Source: Amphiscolops sp. MND2022 (lineage: Eukaryota). Taken from it: DNA of 64,000 bases. Positions 1-13,200 of the stretch are shown piece by piece. The notes beneath the pieces were generated by a model. That model was not told the origin of the DNA, ran no database searches, and saw only the letters and a list, made by a program, of their open reading frames with translations. The DNA lies in the NCBI GenBank assembly GCA_964187785.1, contig OZ076409.1, positions 36,706,001 through 36,770,000 of the forward strand, in the 5' to 3' direction. How positions within the stretch are numbered: position 1 is the stretch's first letter; the number at the start of each line of letters is the position of its first letter. The translations under genes and the position numbers were made by a program.

Positions 1-643
1 AAGGTAAGGTCGTCTGCACACCCAGCGTGCGAGCTGGACACACCTCCTGTGCACCGGCAAATACTTTAAGGTCCAATCATGGTCAGAGAGTGTCGTTACC
101 AAAAGTGACGATAATCTCCCATTTTACGGCACAACACCGTGGTTTGGCACGTTTTTCTAGCTGTTTTTTTGTCTCTCTCACTTTTCTTCTCGCGGGCGGC
201 TTTTTTTGCGTCTTGTTCTGCTTTCTTGCTGACGAAACATGCTCACAGTCCGAAACATTTTGGACAAAACATGCTCACAGTGCCACGTCAATTTTGAACA
301 AATTTTTGGATACCAGTCAAAATATAGTGGGGTCGGCAGTTGCCGTTCCAAAACCTGTCCAAGTCGAACTTGACCTCATTAACATATCGCAGCTTTCTGT
401 TTTTATCATTTAATTCACAACACTTCATCGGGGTTTACCTTCCTCGTCGTTGACTTGGTAAAATATAAAACTTAACAGCCTAACCTCGTTTTTATTGGAC
501 GAAAAAATATAAACGATATAGGTACTTTTCAATACTATAGTACAATTTATCTGTTGAAGTTAAATAAGGAAGGACGCTTGAACAACTGTTCAGAAGAAAA
601 TAATAATCAGAATTTAGACCTGTAGGGACTCCTTTAAACTTAC

Positions 644-995
644 TGAGAGACAAACACATGAATCTGCAGCTGATGTAGGGGTTAGCGAGCTCCATCAAAC
701 AGAAGACATGTTTGGGTGTGAGCCAATTCCCGTCGTAGTGCGATGACTGTGAAAGGCCTACTCCCACCAAATGATGAATAACCATAAAGATGAGATTGCG
801 CTTCAGTTGAGCAACTATCCTGAAGACTGTGTCGGCCAGCAAGTAGGCGCCTATGGAGCAGTTGCACCAGCGAAAAGCATAAAACATGCCCTGGTAGTTG
901 CCTTGAGGGAAGTTGAATATGAGTGAATAGACTGTGATGACGCTGACTGCTGATGAATTTACTACTGAGACCACGTCCGTGCAAAATGAATTAAC
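644..995 (-). CDS. TLC (TRAM/LAG1/CLN8)-domain membrane protein, probable exon 2; downstream exons not resolved
   Basis: Translation contains TLC-type motifs YLLAD...MVIHH...LMELANPYISCR between hydrophobic segments. There is an AG acceptor at 997-996 and a gtaagt donor at 643 on the minus strand. Confidence 0.55.
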
Positions 996-1859
996 CTATT
1001 CACTCTTTTTGCTTTCATTTTTCTGTCATAATTCCATCAGAGAACATTTGGTTTAGTTTTTGATGATGATGCCGAATAGTTCAGTTGACTTGTTTAATTT
1101 CAACAAAAAAATCATGTCTAGGTTTTCGGTGAATCACATTTTCTAAATTGCCACGATCATTCTTTAAATCTATATGAAATGAGGCGTTTCGTCTGTTTTC
1201 GGTTTTTATTAATCCTCCAAAAAAGCATCACAGAAAGTCTACCGCACTATTAGGATCCAACGAATGCCAAAAGAGTACAAAGGTTCCCATGTAGATTTTT
1301 TCGGCACTAGACAATTTCCCAACATTTTTGAAAGGGTCCTGAGATTTTTTAATTTTTCAAGCAATGATTTGTTCCCTTAAACCGTAAGCAGAAAAATAAG
1401 GGGAATTGGCTCAATGTTTTTTGAAGAAGCGGTACAAGCGAAAACGAGGAAACTTTGAATTTTCACCTTTTTTCAGGATCGGTATTAGTATAATTTCTGA
1501 AACGATATTGAGATCGAATAAAGATGAGATGGTAGTTAATTTTGGATGGCTGATGGTAGTTATTTTGGCATTGAAGCAGAAATTTGTCAGACTGTGGGGT
1601 TTTTACCATTGTACCATTTTTTGTAAAGGTGTCTTGTAACAGTATACGAAAATGATCCCAGTGCACTGCGCTTCTTGTTACAACTTTCCTTCAGGGAATG
1701 TGCATAATTTAGCACGAACGAACATTGCTAATTCCAAGTGTTTGGAGCCATGTCTCACAATGGACCCCTAGAACAAATTTAATCGGAACCACAGAAAACG
1801 AAAAGCCCAAAACTTCTGGTTGCCTTTAAAGTTGAGTAAAAGCAAAAAGAGAGGACGAC

Positions 1860-2051
1860 TTTGTCTTTCGGGGCATTCTTCAGAGGACGAACAAATGCTC
1901 TGAGCAATCTAGGGCATATGAGAAATAGAAGATGGTAGAACCCTAGCAATAGACTGAATCTTTTGTAATAATCAGCATCCAATGCTGTCTCGAAATCTTC
2001 CCAGTAGTTGTCGTAATACGGCTCTCGCGCTATTGGGTAGAAAAGAGGCAT
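1860..2051 (-). CDS. TLC-domain gene, probable first coding exon
   Basis: ATG at 2051 gives MPLFYP...FSLLLGFYHLLFLICPRLL...KDK, one TM-like segment. A phase-0 join to the exon at 995 is plausible, but the donor position is uncertain. Confidence 0.4.
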
Positions 2052-3531
2052 TGCTTTCCTACATAACACAATTCATTACAACTGAGTGAAGCTCCTTTTA
2101 TAATTTTTTAAAACCTAGAGTAATGAGACACTGAACAAAAATTGTGAGATTTCTCAGTTTTCCATCTTCTCGCTTTTCATCTCGGTAGAGTAATCGGTGC
2201 TTCACGTTAACAGAATTTGGTATTCCTGAAAATTATCGGTGTTGTTGAAATTCTTCAATTGCATATGATTTGTAAGTTCTTAAACATGATGAAGTGCGCG
2301 CTTTTTTTGATACCTTTTATCAATTCCGTCGCATTAAAGACATCAAATCACAACGTTTCTACATCAGGTCATTAACGGGATTAACCATGAGTTATTTAGA
2401 CTCTCAGGCTTTTTCTTCAACCCAGTTAGAAAATATTTCAAAGTACCTCAACAAAATATATGAATTTTTTATAAATCTCTAAAATAAATGTTTCATTCTA
2501 CTTTAATGACGTCACAGAAGAGCACACAATTGGCTACTGATTAAAAAAAACACCCAACAAAACTCGGTCAAACTCATTTTTTGAAAAAAAAAACAGCAAA
2601 GTTTGAAAAATTCGTTCGATTAACGGTCAAAAGTTGATCAATTGTTTTTTTTAAAAAAGTGTGCATTAGCTGGGATAATAAGTTATTTACGTTTTCAGCT
2701 GTGGACAATTCTGAAGATTTCAATAACTATAAACTTGGTTACGAATTTACTTAGCGTTGTAGTTTTCTGCTCTCGCGACTGGAATGGTCAATTATTCATT
2801 GCGCTTTCTCTGACTCATTTTCATTAAGGCCATTTTCAATCCGAATAGAACATGAGCAGCTGCAAAAACTTTTGAATGGAGAACGATTAATACGATTCAT
2901 TGAACCTTGTTTCAGTAGAAATAGTATTTCAAAATAGGAAAATTAAATTTTGATTAATTGCAGCAGTGTTTCCTATTTTTCGTTAGTTTTGCTGAACACC
3001 AAGAAGTCCGCGTGCTTTGGCGAAAGTGATCGTTCTAATCTGGATTTTCCAATTTTCTGTATAAAAGTTTGCAATAGAACGCTGATTAAATTTACCAAAT
3101 CATGAGAAACTTGGAAATGATTTTGCGTTACAGTCCATTGGCTTCTTCATGAATGATTTTGCAACTTGAAAACACGAAAAATCGAAAAGTAATAACTATT
3201 CCGGTTGAGAAAAAATCTTTCAAGATTCTAGATCAGTGAGCTTTCAAATCTTGCAAGATAATGAATTTTTCTCGAAAACCTTCAAAAATCATGCACAGTT
3301 TTTTGCACGATTCTTGCAAGTACTACATTCTTTGCGAACATAATTCAAGACTCTTGCAAGGAAACCGTTTCTTGTAAAGATATTGTAAAGAAAACGTTCA
3401 CTTGAAATCCTTGCAAGCCTTGTATTAGCTTGAGAGAGATTCTGCAATATTTTTAAGAGCAAGGTATTTCATCAAAGCAATTTATCAAAAACAAGGGCCT
3501 TGAAAGATCTTAGTTTTGGTATTTGTTTCAG

Positions 3532-3711
3532 GAGACGACGAGTGGATACAAGCATCCTGGATTTGTGTTGAGACTGATTTTGGAAAACAACAAAATCAAG
3601 TTTGAGCCTGATTTCAAAGACTTTGAGAAGGTTTTCCTCGAGAACTATTCCTACATCCAGAAACCCATCACAACCATTCCTAGAGTGGAAACGCGGCTCT
3701 ATTCCGATTGG
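3532..3711 (+). CDS. DNAH7: Axonemal dynein heavy chain (DNAH7-like) tail exon
   Basis: tttcag|GAG...TGG|gtgagt. HPGFVLRLILENNKIKFEP...PRVETRLYSDW matches the DNAH7 N-terminal tail as I recall it. Confidence 0.85.
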
Positions 3712-4297
3712 GTGAGTATTTCGATAAAATATATCGACCAAATCAAATCTGATTCACCTCACTATTGGGTACAACGTCAACAATTCGGATACAAGGTATT
3801 TATGAATCGAAGCTAAAATTTTTATCACAAATTAGCTTAATTCTAATTGAATTAGAAAAGATACAATTGTTTGACACTGGTAGTATAAGAAATCCCGTTG
3901 GAGAGGGACTTATTTGGAAACCAATCTTTTAAAGATGTAAAACTGTGGAACAAATCCTGGAGAGGGCCTTTATGCCGAAAAGGTTTTCCCCAATTGGTGA
4001 AATCACAAAATTAAAGAGGTCTATTTGTTGAATCAATTTTTTTCCAGCCTCGGCCAAAAATCTTCCAGTCTCGTCTACCTATGCAAATGGAAAGATTTTC
4101 TCCCAACTCAAGATTCGCACTCACGTTGTCTTTTTTAACAAGCCACCCACGCTAATCATTTGGCTATCTTAGTCGCGGCTGTAGACTTTTGAAAGATCCA
4201 GTAGTTTCAGGTAGAAAAACCGCGCTGGTGCTAACGACTTTGAGCGAAACGAAGTGAAACCTGTTGCCATTCGATTTTCAGAACACAATTTCACTCT

Positions 4298-4858
4298 TTT
4301 TAGTTGGCGCATTTCAATAGAAAATGAGCCCGACTATTACAGTGGGTAGTCTTTTTGATCGCGTACGGTCCACTTTTTGTTCATTTGTTCAACAACATCA
4401 GCTTGAACAACGGACGTCCAAAACATAATCGGAACGCCAGAACCTCGTCCAAAACAAAAGCATCCACATCCACGTCCAGAACCTTGAAATCATACTAAGG
4501 ATTCCCCATGGTGTTTTTCACTCGGATTTTTTTGGCACTATGCGACTTTTTTTGAAATTTTTTGGATTGCACCAACTTTTTGGATTGCTCCTCTTCGTTT
4601 GTTTCGATATTTTGCAACACAATGGATGTCAAAAAATTGCAGAGGGATCCTTCTGCATTTTTCGGCACTGTGACACTGTTCAAAAATTTTATTTTTAATT
4701 TTTTTTGCAATTTTTTAGAAATCTAAGGGTCCTCCTTCAGTTTTTTTCATATTCTGCAACCAACTGAGGTTTCACAAAGCCCAAAGGGTCCCCCTTTTAC
4801 AATTTTGAGCCTTAGATACAGCACTGACTTTGGACTTTGGCCGTCCCCGGTTTGTTTA
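4298..4858 (+). mobile_element. Helentron/HINE-like non-autonomous repeat, degenerate copy
   Basis: Shares the subterminal motif, the gggtcccc and tttcggcact internal units, and the 3' end with copies at 20363, 42835, 48419 and 61901. Confidence 0.55.
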
Positions 4859-6077
4859 TTTACTGTTTATTTTACAGTTTTTTCAACTTTGAGCCCCAAT
4901 TTCTCGTCATCTATAATCGCTACGCGTTTGTTTTTGTTTTGAAAAAATAAATTCGACTTCGGACTAACTTCCAGTAGAGAAAGTTCTATCAACAGTTGCT
5001 TCAACATAAACGCTTCCCGTTCGAACACTTGATAGGTTGTATCTGAATACGAGTTTCTAATCAGTTGCCTACTGTCATCGGATCCATTCGAGCTACTGGC
5101 ATGATGGTAGTTAGGTTCTCATGATACACTCCCGGGGCTTTCTCGTGGGACGACTTTCATCTCGCTGGAGTTGCTACTAATCAATTTTTTGACAAAAAAC
5201 GTTCATTGATCAAATGCGACTTTCCAACCTATGTGGTTATCGAAGGTATTCGGGATGTAGTAAAGACTCTTTTTGTGAAAGATGCCGGAGGCAATGGTTC
5301 CTGTTGAAGTGCTAAAATATTGAATCTATCCAGAGCAAGCTCGATCATTTTCTTTTCATATGAAAACTATTGGTACCTTGAGCTGAAAATCTCATTTCCA
5401 GCCAGAAGGCCAGTAATATCTTTGAAACCATTCAAAACCCTGACATGAAGCACCGGTTGTTTCATGCAGTGAACTCCTAGGGCCTTCTTGTGGAGCGAAT
5501 TTCTTCTCGCTGGAGTAGCTACTTGCTGCTTCTTTTGACAAAAACTGATCATTGATCAAATGAGACTTTTAGTCAATTTAGTTTTATGGTGCCTGTCTCT
5601 TTGAGACTATTTGCGATGCAGATGATTTTTGTCCTAAATTTATATGGTGTCCAACTTATTCTCTGTTAGCCTAGCGCTAAGCACTTTAGCGGCTATGTTT
5701 TTAAATTTTCTTACACTTACAAAAATGATGAAATTTGATGATTCGGAAGGCCGTTTCAACAAAAGGTTGCAATAGAGTGACTCGGGGATTAACCTCACCG
5801 AAAACACTGTAAGTAAAAAATCATTTTTACAGGAAAAGATTCTTCTTTCAACTTCAGTTCAGATTCTCATTGAAAAATTTGAATGAATTATTTTATTGAT
5901 GCTTAAATTGAGTCTCACCCATAAACCCTTCACTATGTGGTTGACGCAGTCGAACAATAGTACGGAATTCAGTTCTTTACGGTGCTCAACATTTGAACAA
6001 GTGTTTAGAGCATCACAAATTTCTTTCCTTTTTTAAAACGTTTTTTGCTTAAGCACAGAAGTTTCCACTTTTTACAG

Positions 6078-6230
6078 CGTGGCAAGAAAGACGTGTTGAA
6101 ACCAGTGATTCCGGAAGATATCGTGGCAGAGAACAAGTCCAAAGTGGTTGAAATGGTCCAGAGAGAAAGTCTGGCTCCTAAGGAGTTCATCTCTGTGTTC
6201 GACCAGTACGAGTTCTTGATAACAAACGAG
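6078..6230 (+). CDS. DNAH7: DNAH7-like exon
   Basis: ttacag|CGT...GAG|gtaaga. LKPVIPEDIV...ESLAPKE...DQYEFLIT joins in frame to the flanking exons. Confidence 0.85.
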
Positions 6231-6298
6231 GTAAGAAACGGACATGATACAGCATGTACTTCAGGAGTTTATTAATGGTTCAGATCTGTTATGGCACA

Positions 6299-8536
6299 CA
6301 GTAGCGTTTCAAAATATCGCAACTCCGTTGGCTGAAATAACGAGATTCAAAACCAAATACACTATGGTATCAAAAAGCTACGTACACCAACATTTTTAAA
6401 AAAAAACAGAACGGAGTAAAATTTGAAACAACTGTTAAAACAAATAATAAATCAAAATCCCGTCAAACTACAAGTTGCGAACAACATCAGGATTTATATT
6501 GTTCCACACTTCCATAACCTTTTCTTATAAATTCTCCCAGGCAACAATCTGACCTCGCAAGCTTTTTTTAAAAATGGCCCAAAGATTTTCAATTGGATTC
6601 AGGTCAGGACTGTAAGCTGGCCAATCCAGCACTTCCCATTGCTTTTGTGCCAGAAAATTGTGAACAACTTCACTTTTGTGTACTGGGGAGTTGTCTTGCT
6701 GGAACACCAAATCCGGTATATTCAAATGTCGATCGTATTGCTTTAAAATCTCCAAATATCCGTAACTGTTAAGCGTTGCGGGACATTTAATTAGCATTTT
6801 CCTACCATCTGATCTGATGGCCCCCCAAAACATCATAGATCTTTTGTCCGTGCGTATTCCTTGGGTGTTTTTGGGGCAAAAGCGACGACCAGTTTTCCTG
6901 AACACCCGCACAACGCCATCACTTTTCAAGCGCACACGGGTTTCGTCTGAGAATACGACGCTTTCCCAAAATCCTAGTTTCCAGCCAGCCAAAATTCAGA
7001 ACAAAAATGCAAAAGTTCGAGTGAAACAAAAAGAACCTTCTTCAAGTTTACAATACCACCCAAATCTGGCCAGCGAAAATGCATCTAAGGTAGTGCAGAA
7101 CGTCTCCCCTCTCATTTTCTCTTATTTTAATCGGCGCTTCTCTAGTGAAAAGTGCCCGACTCTTACACTGGCTAGTTTTTTTCTTTTTTTCGTCAGACAA
7201 CAGTCTCACTCTGATTGGGCCACTTTTCTTACAATCGAAACTACTAAAACTACTACCATAAGGCCAAGTCCGGTCAGCGGAAATTAGTGCAAAGGGACCC
7301 CCTTTAATTTTGTACTATTTTAACGTAACATACAAAACCGGACGGGGCAAAAAGGTCTCCCTTTCGATTTTAAGCGGCATTGTGCGACTATTTTTCGAAA
7401 AATTTTTAATGTCTCAAAAGAGTCCCCCTTTCGAGTTTTTTGATATTTAAATGTTCTCGTCTTGTATCATTGAGAGCACCATCGAAAGCGCTATTAGTTT
7501 ACTATACGAAAATGATTGATTTGATCAAATGTTTTATTTCGTTTTGGTTTTTTCGGCACTTTGAGATTCTCAAATACTTTTTCTTTCGAAAAACTCCAAA
7601 ACTTTTTCCTATTTTCGGTGGAAAATTGACACTGGATAAAAACCAAGGGGCTTTTTCAACATTCTCGAGCACCAGCGTTTTCTGATCAGTCTTTGTTTTT
7701 TGTTCAATTTGAACTTTTTTGAGGCTTTTCTAGAAACATTTCCGTACATTTCAGGATTCTTCGAATGGTACATTTAGAAACTGTCTTTGACGTTGAAAAA
7801 GAGTTTGCAGTACTCTTACTCGTTCTAATGTTGTTTTTGGGTCTTTCTCCACTCTTCAAACTATTAGTCTTTGCTCTTTTTCGCTGAGCTTTTCTGGCCG
7901 GCCTGGAGGTTTTTTCGCCGCATAAGAGTTCGTTCTCAAAAAGCGCTGATAAGCTGTTTGAGCTGTCGATCGAGATTTAAGACCCAACTTTTCTTTAATT
8001 TTTTTGTATGATAAACCCATTTCGCGAAGTGTAACGATTTTGCAAACAACGTATGAATCCAAAGGTTTGACCATTTTCAACAATGTTTAATTCAAGAGTG
8101 ATTGATTTCACTTCCGGTTGAAAAAAAAATGAAAAGTTCTTCACAACCTGAATAAGATTTAATTTTCAGCTGTACGTCGCTTTTTGCTACCATAGTGTAT
8201 CTCTTAAACTGTCGCAAATACGTAAACTTGTCAGCTGCAAAAACTTCTTAGAATTTTTCCTAGTTTATAAAAATATTTGAAATTTTTGTGACCCATATTT
8301 GAGGAACTCAGAAGTTGCAAATTTTAGGAATTTTCATTTGAATTTTTTTTCGATATTGGAGTGGCTTAAAATCAGTTTTTTAATCGCAGCAATTTTATAC
8401 GTTTTTGAAAAGTGGTGATTTTCCAAGAATTTCTTGCTAGCTGATGATTTTTAGTATTCGAGTCAGTTCTAAAGACATTTTGTTTTGAAACGTGCTATTT
8501 TGAGCAATGGGGTTGTGATAGTTTAGAAAACTACTG
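6299..8536. mobile_element. Old TIR element (MITE-like) into which the Tc1 element inserted
   Basis: Imperfect inverted repeat of about 60 bp: cagtagcgtttcaaaatatcgcaactccgtt... (6299) versus ...aatggggttgtgatagtttagaaaactactg (8536), followed by TA. Confidence 0.5.
6360..8197 (-). mobile_element. Tc1/mariner DNA transposon (DD34E), defective
   Basis: 27-bp TIRs CACTATGGTA(T/G)CAAAAAGC(T/G)ACGTACA with 2 mismatches, flanked by TA. The HTH/GRP N-terminus is at 8083-7856 with a premature stop. The catalytic part at 6992-6525 has VFSDE, QQDN and SPDLNPIE with 34 residues between D and E. It is interrupted by an insertion at about 7000-7620. Confidence 0.9.
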
Positions 8537-9187
8537 TAGGTCTGATTTCAAATTTACAAAGGGCAGCTCAAAAAGAAGGTAATACATGTATCTATCTGTA
8601 ATGGTAGATACTGGAACATGTGCCGAAAACGCCTTTATTTAACTACTGAACATAAGTAATTAGATCATTCTGAATAGTTTGAGTTTTCCTCTAAGATTAG
8701 TTAAGAAGACTCGGATACCAGTCAGAGTTTTGCGGCCGGTAACTCAAGTGCTGAGTTGCAAAACAAGTAAAATAAAAAAATATATGAATTAAAAAATTAT
8801 CATTCCTGACGCATTCATATTATTCAGTTTGAAGTATAGGAAAGTGGAGTTTTGGAAGGAAAACTGAAGACTTTGTTTATTCACAAACCAATGTATGTAC
8901 TGCACTGCACTGCCCCACAAAAACCGATAGCAGACTTACTCGCATTACAGGAGCTCAAGTAACCGATAAAATTTTTGAGAAAAGCCAAAGCTTTGGCGAG
9001 GACTAAAAAACCACAAACATTCGTAGTGGAAACAGTTGTAGCAGTCTGTACATGATTCGAAAATACTTAATTCGGCATTTTTAAATTAATATTTGCAAAA
9101 GTATAGGGTTTATTTCAACCGCGTAGCGCAATGGGGATCAATATTTATCATTGGGCAAAAACTTATTGTTTTGTAAAAACGAACAAG

Positions 9188-9468
9188 TTAGAAACGCTTG
9201 CCCCTTATGCTTCCGGCGTAAATATCCGGGTACAGAATGTCTGGGTCTCCGCTGAGAATCTCTGTTTCCTGTTGGTTGGATGATTGGGGCAGAAAGGGAA
9301 CAGTTCCCCCCATTTGAGGTGTTTCTGGGAACCTGTGATGGTTCCTCATGTTTTTCTTGGACCCCGATGATTTATTGTTAAACAGCATTGCGATGCACCC
9401 GCAAAGACCAAACAGAGATCCGGCACAGAAGCCAATGAAAATTAGAATAATCGAAGAGCCCAGTTTGC
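9188..9468 (-). CDS. LRR-Ig-FN3 receptor gene, last exon (TM helix and cytoplasmic tail)
   Basis: ttttcag acceptor with a phase-1 join to the exon ending at 19982. Encodes SSIILIFIGFCAGSLFGLCGCIAMLF (TM), then a tail to the stop at 9188. Confidence 0.75.
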
Positions 9469-10232
9469 CTGAAAATACATTAAAGCTTTCGTTATCTTAT
9501 GTTTGGAGTCTAAAAATGTTTTGTGTCTACTCATTTTTCCTGCCGATATTCTATTACCATTACCATGTTCCAATTTTTCACTTAGGAGATAAAGCGTCTT
9601 CCACTAAACTCAACGATAAAAAAGTTACGTTTGTGGCAGACCTTTTAATGGGGATATTTCATTTTTTTGTATAAAAATGGCCTAAAATGAAAAGTGTGAA
9701 ATTGGTTTGTGAAATGCTCTACATGCACCTATGCTAAAATAGTTGTTATTATGTAAACTTTCGACCGTTTCATGCATTTTAGATACAATTTTAGATTTAG
9801 AACCAAATACCCAAAATTGTCAGAAGTTCAATTTTTTGAAATTTTTGTGCAACTTTCATAGTTTTCGCCAAAATGTTCTAGTGAGAAAATATCCCGATGT
9901 TCTACAGGCGTCTCGTTCCATTAGTTTTACAACAAGACGCCCGCTAAGCAGCGAGATTTTTTCCGCCCCAAACTGTTCTACAACGACATAAATTTGAAGC
10001 TCAAGAATAGCCAATATTGCACTATGAAAATGCAAAGTTCGAAAAAAAGAATGTTTTGATTCATTTTTAGAGCAGGCACCTAATTTATTAAGACGCTAAG
10101 TACCTAATTGTTTTGTTGTTGAACTATGCGGATACCAGTACCTAACATACCAAGTTATCAGTCGGCCCTTTTCGTCCGGAAAGACCGACTATAGTCATGG
10201 CTTTTAGTCAGTATTATTTTCGATAACACCTG

Positions 10233-13200
10233 TGTTATACGGTTCATCCGTCAATCAAAAGCAACAACCTTTACTGAACTCCGGTAACAGACATACCAGT
10301 CTGTTGTTTACAAACATTAGATGTGAAACTGTTACATCCATTTATGTTAAAGAAATACTGTTGTATAGTCTACTACTTTGATACAGAAGAGATATTATTT
10401 TAGAAAACCTCATTTTATCTAAAGCTAGTTAGAATATAACATGGCGCAGTAAGCAAGATTTTTTCTTTTACCAACCGAAAATTTTAACCGGAACTATGGC
10501 CGAAAAGAATACTGTACCAAACCTAGAAGCAAAAGCATCAGACGGAAACCCAAAATTTACCCCGAGACAATGGTTGGAGAGATTTAGACAATTTACCAAA
10601 CGAGAACACAAAATCGACATCACACCATTAATAAAAGGGGAAGATATCACAGAAGCCGGTTGGACCGCCGAAAAAGAAACAAAAATCCAAGAAGATTTTA
10701 TCTGGGGAGTGGGACCGGAAGCACTACCAGATAACCCGGGCCGAGTACAAAACGGAACCGGACAGCATAATAATCAAAGACCTAATTCGGTTATATACCG
10801 AACATTACCCCCAAAACGGAACACATATCACAATAGAGGAGACTTCTTTTGGGCGAAACAATCGGAGAATGAAACACCCGAAGAGTTCTGGAAGCGACTG
10901 ATTGAAATAGAAAAAGAATGTAATTTCGGAACCATCTCAGCCGAAGAACTACTAATATCCAAATACATGACAGCGATTACCGACAAGAAGTTACGGGACA
11001 AGCTAATGAAAGAAAAGACCCTAGAGATGAAGAAAACAATCGAAATGATTAAACAAAACACATACGAAGAGAAAAACAAGAAAAATACAATACCCGAAGC
11101 ATTAATCACAACAAAAGAAAAACAGATGATCAAAGAAGAACCAATACAAAAAGTGGAGAAATTCGGAACCAGACCGAAAACGAGAATAACGGGAAACCGA
11201 CCATGCAGATTCTGCAACGCACCAAATTGGAACCCAACACACAAATGCCCAGCATTAGAATCAAATTGTAACAATTGCGGAAAGAAGGGACTTTACGCAC
11301 GGGCATGCAAACAAAGAACAAAGAACAACCGAACACTGAGTAAACTTACCGAAGAAGAAGAAATAGAATCAAACGAATCGATGAGCGAATCCGATGAAAG
11401 TATATATCATATAGAAGAAATAAAGAACATCGTAGAACAACAGAAACATTACACGGCGAAAATAAAGATAAACGGAACACCAAAAGAATTTATCATCGAT
11501 ACCGGATCACCGGTGACCATAATGCCATTAGACGAACAAATCATAAAGAAAACCGAAATACAGAAAATAACAAACCGATACCAAGATGTAAACAAGAATG
11601 AAGTAAAATTCCGGGGGAAAATACCGGTAAACATAGAATACGAAAATAACAACCAAAAAATGGAAATACTAATCACCGAAAGAGCGGACATAACACCCTT
11701 ACTGGGGATGGACTGGATGAAAAGATTCAAGCTGACAATCGGTAAAATACAACTGGCCGAAATCGGCCAACCAGAAAAGGAGAGAATAATTAACAAGTTC
11801 CCGGACCTATTCGAAAACAACCGGACAATAAAAGATACCGAAATAAACATACAACTGAAACCCGGACATTACCCGGTGAAACAAAAAGCAAGACCGATAC
11901 CACTACACCTACAAGAAGATGTAGGACGGGAATTAGAGAAACTAATAAAAGCCGGACATCTAGAGAAAGTAAACAATGTGGATGAAGACTGTTTCGTATC
12001 ACCGGTAGTAATAACGGTAAAGAATGACAAATCGGTGAAAATAGCACTAGACTCCCGGAAACTAAACGATAGTTGCATTAAACGGAGACCACACATGCCG
12101 AATATGGAGGAATTATTAAACCAAATATCGGTGGAAATTACACGAGACCGAACATTACAACTATTCATGTCAAAGATCGACTTAGACTATGCATACGGAC
12201 AAATGAAATTATCCGAAGAGACAAGCCGACAATGCGTATTCGCAATCACCGGAGCGAAATTCAGCGGGTACTACAGATTTGAAAAAGGGTTTTACGGACT
12301 CGCCGATATCCCCACAATCTTCCAGGAGAAAATAGACCGAACACTGGAATACAGTACACCGGCATGGTTAGATGACATCATAGTAGTAACACGCGGAAGT
12401 AGACAAGAACACGAGAAAAAACTATTTGATGTTTTATCTAAACTCGAAAAAGCCGGATACCGGGCGAGCAAAAGGAAATCGGAATTCTTCCTAAAACAGA
12501 CAAAATGGTTGGATACGAAATTGACGAATCCGGGATGAAACCAAACGAGGAGAAGGTTGAAGCGATACAAAAACTGAAATCACCGAACAATACAAAAGAA
12601 CTGAAATCATTCCTCGGGGCAATACAATATTTAGCAAAATTTCTACCGAAATTATCGGAAAAGACAGACAGATTGAGAAAACTGTTGAAGAAAAATGAAC
12701 CATGGATATGGGGACAAGTACAAGAAAATGATTTTATACAAATAAAACAAATGCTGACCGAAAAACCATGTCTAGCACATTACGCAAAAGATAAAGATAA
12801 CATGGTAACGACAGACGCGAGTAAAACCGGTCTCGGCATTACGCTTTGGCAAAAGCAAGACGACGGGGAATTGAAACCAATTGCATTCGGTAGTAGATAC
12901 CTAAACAACACCGAAAAGAACTACTCAATCGGTGAACTTGAACTGCTAGCAGTAGTCTGGGGATTGGAAAAATTCCGCTTCTAGCTATACGGAAAAAAGG
13001 TACACCTATATACTGATCACCAAGCACTAGAACCTCTAATTAAAAGGAACCGAAGCAACCACCAATACAGTGCAAGACTAACTAGATGGTTAGATCGGCT
13101 AGCACATTTTGACAACGCAGTTCAACATATTGCCGGCAGCAACATGAAATTCACCGACTATCTCAGCAGAAATCCGGTAGGGGGAGCACCAACAGAAGAT

